This document shows positions 39,839 to 48,717 of a DNA stretch of 64,000 nt, one piece after another. Under the pieces are notes generated by a model. That model did no database searches, was not told the origin of the DNA, and was given only the letters and a program-made list of their open reading frames with translations. Made by a program: the position numbers and the translations under genes. The stretch covers positions 1 to 64,000 of the IMG/VR virus record IMGVR_UViG_3300008113_000059. One strand, 5' to 3'. This DNA comes from a virus. Each line of letters starts with the position of its first letter. Within the stretch, counting starts at the first letter, position 1.

Positions 39839-40002
39839 GCCGCAACTTCTATTTCGCTCCAAAGGCGGAAAATCAGAATAAGCCGGGCGAACCTTTTGTT
39901 CAATCTTCCGAAGGAAAACTTAGTAAAGCACCTGATGGAAAGAACATAATAGATGATGAAGAGGAAGATTTAGATACATCTGAAGAATCCAAAGAATAAT
40001 AT

Positions 40003-40035
40003 AAAGAATGTAGCTAATTGCTACATTCTTTTTTT
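40003..40035 (+). terminator. Rho-independent terminator
   Basis: AAAGAATGTAGC-TAATT-GCTACATTCTTTTTTT. Confidence 0.88.
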
Positions 40036-40037
40036 AT

Positions 40038-40064
40038 GAAATCTTTCCCCTATTTTTAACTAAG
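40038..40064 (+). promoter_or_regulatory. Putative middle promoter GAAAT-N17-CTAAG driving the late sigma
   Basis: Variant of the recurrent motif, between a terminator and ATG 40092. Confidence 0.55.
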
Positions 40065-40091
40065 ATTATAAACCAAACTAATTAAACTTTA

Positions 40092-40451
40092 ATGGCAAAA
40101 GAATATGTTAAAAACAGCGAATTATTAGCCGCTGTTATAGAATCCAAGAATAACGGTAAGCTTACTCCTGCTACTATCGGTATGTTTAATTTGATGATAT
40201 CTGGTATTGCTAAAAAAATGTCATATAAGGATCCTGAGGATAGAGAAGATTGCATGGCTTTTGCTATGGAAGATCTATGTAAATATTGGAATAGATTCAA
40301 TCCGGAGAAATCAAACAATCCTTTTGCTTATTTTACACAAATAGCTAAAAATGGATTTGCTAAGGGGTGGAAAAAATTACATCCACCAAAGAATCCCAAG
40401 ACAATACCATTTAGCTACATTACAGGAGACGATAATTCATACAACATCTAA
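40092..40451 (+). CDS. gp55: Late-transcription sigma factor (T4 gp55-like), minimal
   Basis: YVKNSELL...REDCMAFAMEDLCKYWNRFNPEKSNNPFAYFTQIAKN matches the gp55 signature. Confidence 0.88.
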   Translation: MAKEYVKNSELLAAVIESKNNGKLTPATIGMFNLMISGIAKKMSYKDPEDREDCMAFAMEDLCKYWNRFNPEKSNNPFAYFTQIAKNGFAKGWKKLHPPKNPKTIPFSYITGDDNSYNI

Positions 40452-40460
40452 TTAGGAGCT

Positions 40461-40946
40461 ATGACCGATATTAAAAAGGTAAAGCCTAATGGTGAATATC
40501 GATCTGGAAAATATGATCCTAAGAATCCCGAAAAGTATATTGGTGATATTCATAACATCATCTATAGATCTTCATGGGAGTATAGATTCTGTATGTATTG
40601 CGATACTAATGATGCTATACTTAAATGGAGTTCAGAGCCTGTTGCTATAGACTACTATAACCCACTTGATAAAAAAGAACATAAGTATAATGTTGATTTC
40701 TATATAAATGTTCTTAAGGAGGATCAACAAACACAGGACTGGATAATCGAGATAAAGCCAGAGAATCAAACAAAAAAACCTCTCTACGAGGGAACAATGA
40801 CAGTAGCAAAACTGAAGTCTTATAATAGAAATATGCAAATATGGATAACGAATCAGGCTAAATTTAAAGCTGCTAGGGATTGGGCTGAGAAAAGAGACTA
40901 TAGATTTGGTGTTATTGGTGAGGATTTCCTATTTAAAAGCAAGTAA
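40461..40946 (+). CDS. gp4: Head completion nuclease (T4 gp4-like, TnsA-like fold)
   Basis: PKNPEKYIGD..NIIYRSSWE, WSSE, YNVDF, IEIKP, NQAKFKAA. Confidence 0.92.
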   Translation: MTDIKKVKPNGEYRSGKYDPKNPEKYIGDIHNIIYRSSWEYRFCMYCDTNDAILKWSSEPVAIDYYNPLDKKEHKYNVDFYINVLKEDQQTQDWIIEIKPENQTKKPLYEGTMTVAKLKSYNRNMQIWITNQAKFKAARDWAEKRDYRFGVIGEDFLFKSK

Positions 40947-41548
40947 TGTATAACGATTTAGTATTAGAATACAAGAATGATCCCAAGAACACTGGAAATA
41001 TTTATAATATAACCAATGATTTTTTTCTTGGTAAGTATTTTAAAAACGACAATCCCGATAAAAAATTCCAACCACCATTCGTTCCCGGAGAGATATATTC
41101 CTTCAATTATCAGACAGACAGCAAAATAACCAAGAAAAGACCATTCATAGATAGAATGCCTTTGGTTGTTTGCACCGATGTATTTGAAACGAAAGAAACC
41201 GGACTTATATTGAAGGGTATAGATATAATAACAGTCCCGCCTAGAACAAGAGTTGATATCCTCGGTAGGATATATGACAATTTTACTGAGCAGATAAAGA
41301 GTAATGATGCTTCATATACCGGAGGTGGTTCAAGAACACCCATAAATTTAAAGGATAATGTTTTAAGCAATCTTCTTAGGAATACCGGATATGCTGAATC
41401 ATTGTTTGGTTTTAAGACAGGATTCGCAAGGAATGTAAAAATAATAGACTCCCTGGACTGGCCTAAAGTGCCATATCTGGCGGTAAATTTTATAGAGGGC
41501 TTGAATGTGCAGGAGATATATAAACAATATCAATCGAAATTAATTTAA
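40946..41548 (+). CDS. gp2: DNA end protector (T4 gp2-like)
   Basis: PGEIYSFNY...PFIDRMPLV...GIDI..VPPRTR resembles gp2; adjacent to gp4. Confidence 0.6.
   Translation: MYNDLVLEYKNDPKNTGNIYNITNDFFLGKYFKNDNPDKKFQPPFVPGEIYSFNYQTDSKITKKRPFIDRMPLVVCTDVFETKETGLILKGIDIITVPPRTRVDILGRIYDNFTEQIKSNDASYTGGGSRTPINLKDNVLSNLLRNTGYAESLFGFKTGFARNVKIIDSLDWPKVPYLAVNFIEGLNVQEIYKQYQSKLI
41515..41522 (+). promoter_or_regulatory. Putative late promoter GATATATA for the portal operon
   Basis: Within the 3' end of the gp2-like gene, 60 nt before ATG 41583. Confidence 0.6.
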
Positions 41549-41582
41549 AAATATCGATAGAATGAATAAATCAATTTATTAA

Positions 41583-43196
41583 ATGGCTGGTTTTGTAGAA
41601 AATAATAACACATCACAGACTCCTGTAATACAGAGGATCAGAGATTCCGTAAGGAAACTTAGTACCTTTGGTATGAAGTATGATGACATGGTTATCCGTA
41701 ATTCACAAGCAGTTGGTGTTACAGAGGCAGCTTTCTTAAATAAGAATAAATCTAATGTCGAGGACGAGAGCATGCTATGGACTCTTGCCAAGCAGGATAT
41801 ATCATCCCGACAATTTATAGGATATTTTGATAAGGACTACAAGGGGAAAAGAGATTTTCTTAGAAAGTTTTCGCTTAATCCCGAGATAGAGTGGGTTTTA
41901 GATACCGTTTGTGATGAGGCTATTTCTTATGATCCATCAAACTTTTTTGCTTATCCAGATTTTATAGATCTTAGTGATATTAACGATAAGCTTAAAGAGG
42001 ATTTGTATGACACCTATAAGACATTATACGACACATGGGGATTTTCTGATGATATTACTGCATGGCAATATTTTAGACAATTTATAATAGATGGATTTTT
42101 AGCATTCGAGATAATCTACGACGATAAGGGACAGAATATAATAGGATTCAAAGAGCTTGATGCTATTACACTTATTCCTAGCGTCGAGAAACAGATAGAC
42201 GGTAGCTTCATGAGTACATGGACACAATACCCTCAAGATCCTAAAAAGAAAAGAGTACTTTACGAACCTCAGATCATTTACATCTCCTATGCTAAGGGTA
42301 ATTCAATTTCAAGGATAAGTTACATTGAGAGATTAATAAGGCCGTATAACATCCTTAGAATAATGGAATACACCAGAGTTATCTGGTCTGTTATGAATGC
42401 TTCATTTAAACTTAAGATGACAGTTCCTATCGGATCTAAATCTCAACAAAAAGGTATGCAGACTCTAGGTGAGTTAATGAGTATCTACAAGGAGGACATT
42501 GAGCTTAATGATGAAAGCGGTGAATTAACAATAGACGGAAGACCTAAGATTCAGTTTTATAAGAATTATTTAATGCCATCGGGTGTAAATGGAACACCTA
42601 CTATAGAACCAATAACAACCGATGGACCTAACCTAAATGATCCGCAGCCACTAGCTTATTTCTTTGATAAATTTATACTGGAATCTAAAGTTCCTCCATC
42701 AAGATTTCATAATCCTGATGGAGGTAGCACATCTCCATATTCGAATGGTGCTGAAGGATTGGATAAGGAGGAAATAAGATTCTCCAAATTTATATCTAGA
42801 TTAAGATCAGTTTTCCAGGAGATAATGATTAAACCGCTTTGGATACAGATGGCAAAGAAATATCCCAAATTGGAAGACGACTTTATGTTTAAGAGCCAAT
42901 TGGGGCTAGATTATTTTTCTGATAACCCATTCAAACTTAACCAGGAAATGGATATGATGAATAAGAGGAAAGAAGGTATAGCAGCGATGGGTGGATTAGT
43001 CGGTGACGAAGAAAAACCATATTTTTCTAATGCTTTCCTTATCGAGACATTTCTTGGTATGTCTAAACAGGATATAGATGCTAATAAAGAAGCTATCGAA
43101 AGAAAGGAAAAGGAGAAGAAGAAAAAGGAGGAAGAAAAAGGCAAAGAAGGCGGAGAGAAAAAAGAGGGTGAAGAAGCACCCGAAGTAACACTATAA
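41583..43196 (+). CDS. gp20: Portal vertex protein, copy 1
   Basis: PEIEWVLDTVCDEAI, FRQFIIDG, SYIERLIRPYNILRIME, VPPSRF, EEIRFSKFISRLRSVF. Confidence 0.92.
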   Translation: MAGFVENNNTSQTPVIQRIRDSVRKLSTFGMKYDDMVIRNSQAVGVTEAAFLNKNKSNVEDESMLWTLAKQDISSRQFIGYFDKDYKGKRDFLRKFSLNPEIEWVLDTVCDEAISYDPSNFFAYPDFIDLSDINDKLKEDLYDTYKTLYDTWGFSDDITAWQYFRQFIIDGFLAFEIIYDDKGQNIIGFKELDAITLIPSVEKQIDGSFMSTWTQYPQDPKKKRVLYEPQIIYISYAKGNSISRISYIERLIRPYNILRIMEYTRVIWSVMNASFKLKMTVPIGSKSQQKGMQTLGELMSIYKEDIELNDESGELTIDGRPKIQFYKNYLMPSGVNGTPTIEPITTDGPNLNDPQPLAYFFDKFILESKVPPSRFHNPDGGSTSPYSNGAEGLDKEEIRFSKFISRLRSVFQEIMIKPLWIQMAKKYPKLEDDFMFKSQLGLDYFSDNPFKLNQEMDMMNKRKEGIAAMGGLVGDEEKPYFSNAFLIETFLGMSKQDIDANKEAIERKEKEKKKKEEEKGKEGGEKKEGEEAPEVTL

Positions 43197-43200
43197 TAAG

Positions 43201-44808
43201 ATGGCAGGATTTTTAGATTTTTTAAAACCGAATCAATCTGCACTGGGTAACATATTAAAAAACCTAGGCAACATATCAAAATTTGGTATGCAGTATGATG
43301 ATATGGTTGTGCGAAACTCACAAGCCATTGGTAAGACTGAGGGATTTTTCTATAATCAGGATGGGAACGGATTTACTGAGAATGATGCATTTTATTGGAC
43401 AGCTTCATATCAGGACACAAAGGTAAGAAAATACATTGCTTATTTCGATAGGGATTATATTGATAAAAGAAACTATCTGAGAAAGTTTTCACTAAACGGT
43501 GAGATTGAATTTATACTTGATACCATTACTGATGAGGCAATTACTTACGATGATAGAAACTACTTTGCTCAGCCTTCATTTATAAATATAGATCTTAAAG
43601 ATAAGATCAAGGATAAGATGGCTTCCCATTATAATAGGCTTTATAATGTTTTTGGATTTCAGAATACTGTATTAGCCTGGCAATACTTCAGACAATTTCT
43701 GATAGATGGATTTCTTGCATTTGAATTAATATATGATAATAAGGGTAAAGAAATTATAGGATTTAAAGAATTGGATCCGGGATCGCTTCAGCCAGTTGTT
43801 GAAAAGGTTGGTGAAAATGAACACAGACAGTTTTGGATACAATATCCGAAGAATCCACAAATGACAAGAAAGCTTACTAATGAACAGGTTATCTACATAT
43901 CATATGCCAAGGGAAATAGTATATCTAGAGTAAGCTATATAGAAAGACTTGTTAGATCATATAATATATTAAGAATAATGGAGAATTCCAGGGTGATCTG
44001 GAACGTTATGAATGCTTCATATAGATTGAAATTCATCATACCCATTGGGACTCAGTCTCCACAAAAGGCAATGCAGACTCTTGGACAACTAATGTCAAAT
44101 TATAAGGAGGATATTAATATTAATGATAACTCTGGTGAATTAACAGTAAATGGTAGGCCGAAGGTTCAATTTTACAAGAATTATCTATTCCCTGAAAAGG
44201 ATGGTGTATCTCCAGAAATATCTTCACTTAATTCGAGCGGTCCTGATTTCAATGTGATGGAGAATGTTTTATATTTCTTCAATAAATTAAAAATGGATTC
44301 AAAGATACCGTACGCTAGATTTGCATCAAAAAGTGGAACTCCTGCAACATATCAGATAAGTATAGATCAGCTAGAAAGAGACGAGATCAGGTTTGAAAAG
44401 TTTCTAAGAAGATTAAGATCAATATTTCAGGAGATCCTTGTAAAACCACTTTACATTCAGATGTGTTTAGACAATCCCGAGCTATCAAGAGACAAGAGTT
44501 TTAAAGCCAATATTGGACTTAATTATCACAGGGATAGCGAATTTGAAGAAATGGTTGAGATGTCAGGATATGCTAAAAGGAGCGAATTTATTAAAGGTCT
44601 AGAGGAACTAAAGGTAAAAGTTGGTGAGGAAGACAAAGCTTACTTCGATCCTGATTTCCTAGTTCAGAGATTTCTTGGGCTTAATCCCGACCAGATTAAG
44701 ATGAACGAGAAATATAAGGAGAAAGAAGCTAAGGCAGCTGCGCCAGCTGAGGGAGAAGCTGCTGCACCAGCAGAAGGCGAAGAAAAAGCTCCTGAAGTAA
44801 CACTATAA
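43201..44808 (+). CDS. gp20: Portal vertex protein, copy 2
   Basis: GEIEFILDTITDEAI, FRQFLIDG, SYIERLVRSYNILRIME, IPYARF, DEIRFEKFLRRLRSIF. Confidence 0.92.
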   Translation: MAGFLDFLKPNQSALGNILKNLGNISKFGMQYDDMVVRNSQAIGKTEGFFYNQDGNGFTENDAFYWTASYQDTKVRKYIAYFDRDYIDKRNYLRKFSLNGEIEFILDTITDEAITYDDRNYFAQPSFINIDLKDKIKDKMASHYNRLYNVFGFQNTVLAWQYFRQFLIDGFLAFELIYDNKGKEIIGFKELDPGSLQPVVEKVGENEHRQFWIQYPKNPQMTRKLTNEQVIYISYAKGNSISRVSYIERLVRSYNILRIMENSRVIWNVMNASYRLKFIIPIGTQSPQKAMQTLGQLMSNYKEDININDNSGELTVNGRPKVQFYKNYLFPEKDGVSPEISSLNSSGPDFNVMENVLYFFNKLKMDSKIPYARFASKSGTPATYQISIDQLERDEIRFEKFLRRLRSIFQEILVKPLYIQMCLDNPELSRDKSFKANIGLNYHRDSEFEEMVEMSGYAKRSEFIKGLEELKVKVGEEDKAYFDPDFLVQRFLGLNPDQIKMNEKYKEKEAKAAAPAEGEAAAPAEGEEKAPEVTL

Positions 44809-44836
44809 TTATAAATCTTTTAAATTCCAGAATCGA

Positions 44837-45808
44837 ATGGGATTAAATATACAGCAAGAATTTTTAAAACCAAGAATATTAGTAATAGGTGACGTAATGC
44901 TGGATCATTATGTCATTGGATCCGTTTCCAGAATTTCACCAGAGGCTCCTGTTCCTGTATTACTAAAGGAATCTGAGCATTATTACCTTGGTGGAGCGGG
45001 AAATGTATTTTCGAATGTACATACCCTTGGAGGACGGAGTGATATACTATCAGTTATAGGTGATGATGATTCGGGTGATATTGTAATTGATATGGTCAAT
45101 TCAAAATCAAATTTAAGCAGCCTCCTAAAATCAGCATCCAGAAAAACAACATGCAAATCTAGATATATTGGCAATTCACATCAGCTTCTTAGGGTTGATG
45201 ATGAAACATGTGACAATATAGATATTGTTACTGCCAATTCCTTTATTGAAAAATTTGGATCCGTTATTGATCTATATGATTGTGTGGTAATCGAGGATTA
45301 TAACAAAGGATTGCTAACCCCTGATGTAATAAAACAATCAATATTGATAGCAAAATCCAGAAACAAGATAGTTATAGTCGATCCTAAGATCAAGAACATC
45401 GAGCATTATTCAGGATCAACATACCTCAAACCCAATTTTTCGGAGTTCTGTTCACTGGTGGATGAAAAATTGGACATATTAAATATCAATCATATAGTCA
45501 GCAAAGCAAGAGAAGTATTAATTGACATGTCAATTGAAGGAATACTGATAACACTATCCGATAAAGGTATTCTCTACGTTGATTCCGCTACACATCACCA
45601 CAGTCCAGGTTATCCGATTAATGTTTCTGATGTATCAGGAGCCGGTGATACGGTAACTGCAATGTTTGCACTCGCAACATGCTCTGGTATAGGTATAGAA
45701 AATACATTAGCTCTTTGTAATATAGCTGGATCTATAGCTTGCTCACAAATAGGAGCTGTATCTGTTAATATTTCAGATGTCATAAAAAATCAATATTTTA
45801 AATTCTAA
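44837..45808 (+). CDS. hldA: D-glycero-D-manno-heptose-7-phosphate kinase (RfaE/HldE domain I, PfkB family)
   Basis: ILVIGDVMLDHY..GSVSRISPEAPVPV, LGGAGNV, QLLRVD, DYNKG, VDPK, KPN and DVSGAGDTV. Confidence 0.92.
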   Translation: MGLNIQQEFLKPRILVIGDVMLDHYVIGSVSRISPEAPVPVLLKESEHYYLGGAGNVFSNVHTLGGRSDILSVIGDDDSGDIVIDMVNSKSNLSSLLKSASRKTTCKSRYIGNSHQLLRVDDETCDNIDIVTANSFIEKFGSVIDLYDCVVIEDYNKGLLTPDVIKQSILIAKSRNKIVIVDPKIKNIEHYSGSTYLKPNFSEFCSLVDEKLDILNINHIVSKAREVLIDMSIEGILITLSDKGILYVDSATHHHSPGYPINVSDVSGAGDTVTAMFALATCSGIGIENTLALCNIAGSIACSQIGAVSVNISDVIKNQYFKF

Positions 45809-45813
45809 TAGCA

Positions 45814-45850
45814 AATTATTTTTTTAAAACGGGTTAGTTTATTACATTTG
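45814..45850 (+). promoter_or_regulatory. Putative early promoter, Bacteroidota type
   Basis: AATTATTTTTTTA-N16-TACATTTG upstream of the ligase. Confidence 0.75.
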
Positions 45851-45866
45851 TGAAAAATAAACTACC

Positions 45867-47198
45867 ATGATAGAAGAATTAAGACTATTTAAAAGGCTGG
45901 AACAACTTACCGGCGAGGGATCACAGAAAGCAAAGCAATTACTAATTAAGGAGAATCTTACTGAAAGATTTTCCTATATGCTCGATGTTTGTTACAATCC
46001 ATTTGTTACAACTAAGCTTCATAGGATATCATTTAATGAATATCTTGATGCCAATAATCATAACCATTGGGAAGATTTCATAAAGCTAGTAGAGGAGCTT
46101 AAAAAGGCACCTGCGGCAAATGATTTACTAAGGGGAAGAGCCAATACTTTAATATCACAAAAAATCTCGGATGATCCTGCTGAGGACGTGGAATTAAGAA
46201 ATATCCTTATGAAGATTCTTACAAAGAGAATGAATATAGGTATAGGTGCTAAGCTTATTAATAAAGCTGTTTCAAAGGATCTTATTCCCGATCCGTCTTT
46301 AATGCTAGCTACCGATGATCATTCAGCCATCGATAAATGGGATAAGATATATTGTGAGGAAAAGTATGACGGGGTCAGAGTTATAGCACTATATAAGAAT
46401 GGTGAATTCTCATACTTTACCCGTGCATTTAATGAATTGGATGCAACATGTTTTCCTAAAATAACATTTGACCTTAAAACTTGTATTATAAACAGCGGAT
46501 TGAATGGGGATTGGTTTTTTGATGGAGAACTAACAGATTTAAACAGAAAATCAGTTAGTGGTAAGGTTACACAGATTTTGAGAGGTACGGTTGATTCATC
46601 AATTGAGTCAGGTCTTCTATTCAATGTTTTTGATTTTGAGGAAGCATCCAGTCTGGAAAAAGGATCGGGAGTTATAGATTATTCGACAAGAAGAGAAACT
46701 CTAGAAACTATAATGAAATATATCGGCGATAATTCACCAGTAAAGCTTGCCCAAATGTGGGAGCTTTCTGATCCTAGTGAGGTAACACAAATTTATAAAA
46801 GAATCGTTGATATCGGGGGTGAGGGAGTAATTTGTAAGGACAATGGAATATACGAATGCAAAAGATCCAAGTCTTGGGTGAAATTCAAGGAGGTTAGCGA
46901 CTGTGATCTGGAAATAACAGGATGGTATCCCGGAGAGGGTAAAAGAGAGGGATATATCGGAGGATTTATTCTTACTGATAAATCAAAAACACTTAATGTT
47001 AAGGTTGGTGCGGGATTCACTGATAATGATTTAAAAACACTTAGCTCCGACGCAGATTCTCATATAGGAAAAATAGCTGCAATACAGTACAACGTTACTA
47101 TAACGGACAAGCATGGTAACCGTTCATTATTTCTTCCTAGATTTATAGAGATAAGAAGCGACAAAGATTCCCCGGATGATTTTTCATCAAAATTTTAA
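45867..47198 (+). CDS. gp30: ATP-dependent DNA ligase
   Basis: EEKYDGVR, FDGEL, FNVFD, EGVICK, WVKFKE, SLFLPRF. Confidence 0.96.
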   Translation: MIEELRLFKRLEQLTGEGSQKAKQLLIKENLTERFSYMLDVCYNPFVTTKLHRISFNEYLDANNHNHWEDFIKLVEELKKAPAANDLLRGRANTLISQKISDDPAEDVELRNILMKILTKRMNIGIGAKLINKAVSKDLIPDPSLMLATDDHSAIDKWDKIYCEEKYDGVRVIALYKNGEFSYFTRAFNELDATCFPKITFDLKTCIINSGLNGDWFFDGELTDLNRKSVSGKVTQILRGTVDSSIESGLLFNVFDFEEASSLEKGSGVIDYSTRRETLETIMKYIGDNSPVKLAQMWELSDPSEVTQIYKRIVDIGGEGVICKDNGIYECKRSKSWVKFKEVSDCDLEITGWYPGEGKREGYIGGFILTDKSKTLNVKVGAGFTDNDLKTLSSDADSHIGKIAAIQYNVTITDKHGNRSLFLPRFIEIRSDKDSPDDFSSKF

Positions 47199-47225
47199 GA
47201 AACAAGATTTAAAATAGCAACTAAA
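47199..47225 (+). promoter_or_regulatory. Putative middle promoter GAAAC-N17-CTAAA
   Basis: Boxes and spacing identical to 10714; upstream of the clamp loader. Confidence 0.65.
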
Positions 47226-47231
47226 AAGAGT

Positions 47232-48176
47232 ATGATACAAGAATTATTAACAGAGAAGCTTAGACCGAAGGAGCTGAGACATATGATACTTCCGAAGAGA
47301 ATATCAAATATATTCGAGAATGGATTAAACCAGAATGTTCTTTTAAGCGGTCCTCCTGGATGTGGAAAGACCACATTGGCTAAAATTTTAGCAGCACCAT
47401 ACCCACATATTTTTATCAACGGTTCGGATGAGAGCTCCGTAGATACAATTAGGGTGAAAATAAATGATTTCTGCTCAACTATATCGGTAATGGACGGTAA
47501 ATCGTCCAAGAAGGTAGTTATACTAGACGAGTTCGATGGTGTATCTGATCAGTTCCATAAAGCACTAAGGGGAACAATTGAAAAATTTGCTAGCAATACT
47601 AGATTTGTTGCAACGTGTAATTATATCAACAAGGTTCCCGATGCTATACAGAGCAGATTTGAGGTGATTGATTTCAATCCTGTTAGCAGTGAGGAGGAAG
47701 ACCTATTAAAGGCTGAATGGAATAAAAGAGTAAACCTAATACTTAGTAAGCTTGGAATTGAAATAGATGAAACATCTCTTTCTGAGTTCCAGAGAAACTA
47801 TTACCCGGATTTTAGATCTGCATTGAATAGAATACAGACATGGAGTATTGAGGGCATAAAGATTATTGATGCAAATAAGATTAATGAATTTGGATGGTCT
47901 TATGAGGAGCTATATAATCTTATAGTTTCTTCCAAGGACCCCGTAAAAAATTATCAGAGCATAGTTAGTGAATATCAGGGGAAGGTTGATGAAGTTATGT
48001 CAGCTTTGGGTAGTGAATTTATAAACTGGATTATTGATAATAAACCAGATTTAAGAAAAATTATACCTGGTACCATAGTTCTTGTTGCAGATCACCAGTC
48101 TCAAAGAAATCAGGTTATCGATCCAATGGTATCACTTTTGTCCCTGATTTTCCAGATACAAAAACTTGTGGATTAA
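47232..48176 (+). CDS. gp44: Sliding clamp loader, large AAA+ subunit
   Basis: EKLRP, GPPGCGKTT, ILDEFD, TCNY, IQSRF. Confidence 0.93.
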   Translation: MIQELLTEKLRPKELRHMILPKRISNIFENGLNQNVLLSGPPGCGKTTLAKILAAPYPHIFINGSDESSVDTIRVKINDFCSTISVMDGKSSKKVVILDEFDGVSDQFHKALRGTIEKFASNTRFVATCNYINKVPDAIQSRFEVIDFNPVSSEEEDLLKAEWNKRVNLILSKLGIEIDETSLSEFQRNYYPDFRSALNRIQTWSIEGIKIIDANKINEFGWSYEELYNLIVSSKDPVKNYQSIVSEYQGKVDEVMSALGSEFINWIIDNKPDLRKIIPGTIVLVADHQSQRNQVIDPMVSLLSLIFQIQKLVD

Positions 48177-48712
48177 TGGAAAATAGTAAAAGAATAATCC
48201 TTGTTGGTAAGGGTGGATCGGGTAAGGATTATGCCAGAAAGCTATTGGAGGATGCAGGATTTAGATATTGTGTTTCCCATACAACTAGACCTCCTAGGGA
48301 GGGTGAGGTTAATGGCAAGGATTATCATTTCATAAGCAGAGATGCTGCTGCTCATCAATTTGCGGCAAACGATCTTTTCTATGAATATGTCATATTTAAT
48401 GGATGGGTATACGGAACTACAAAGGAGGAGTTTTTAAAATCTAATCTGTTTATAATGACACCATCCGGAATATCGAAGATTAAAGCAGCGGACAGAAAGG
48501 AGTCATTCATAGTGTATTTTGATATCGACGAGGAGACAAGAAGAAATAGACTTCTATCGAGGCGAGACGCAGATAATGTTGATAGAAGAATCGAAGCTGA
48601 CGAGAAAGACTTCGAAAACTTTAATGATTTTGATCATAGAATAGAGGATTCCAGTTTTAGTATAGATGATATTAATATTGGGAATTTTAAAATAGTAACA
48701 GTAGAACATTAA
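48176..48712 (+). CDS. gmk: Guanylate kinase
   Basis: GKGGSGKD, SHTTRPPREGEVNGKDYHFI, YGT. Confidence 0.9.
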   Translation: MENSKRIILVGKGGSGKDYARKLLEDAGFRYCVSHTTRPPREGEVNGKDYHFISRDAAAHQFAANDLFYEYVIFNGWVYGTTKEEFLKSNLFIMTPSGISKIKAADRKESFIVYFDIDEETRRNRLLSRRDADNVDRRIEADEKDFENFNDFDHRIEDSSFSIDDINIGNFKIVTVEH

Positions 48713-48717
48713 GAGAT

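Noticed and set aside
40461-40946. TnsA-like protein as evidence of a Tn7 transposon
   Set aside because: The same fold is the T4 gp4 head completion nuclease, the context is gp2/portal, and no tnsB or tnsC is present.
22478-47198. Inteins or introns in the terminase, portals or ligase
   Set aside because: Lengths are normal, and no splice motifs or homing endonuclease inserts were seen.
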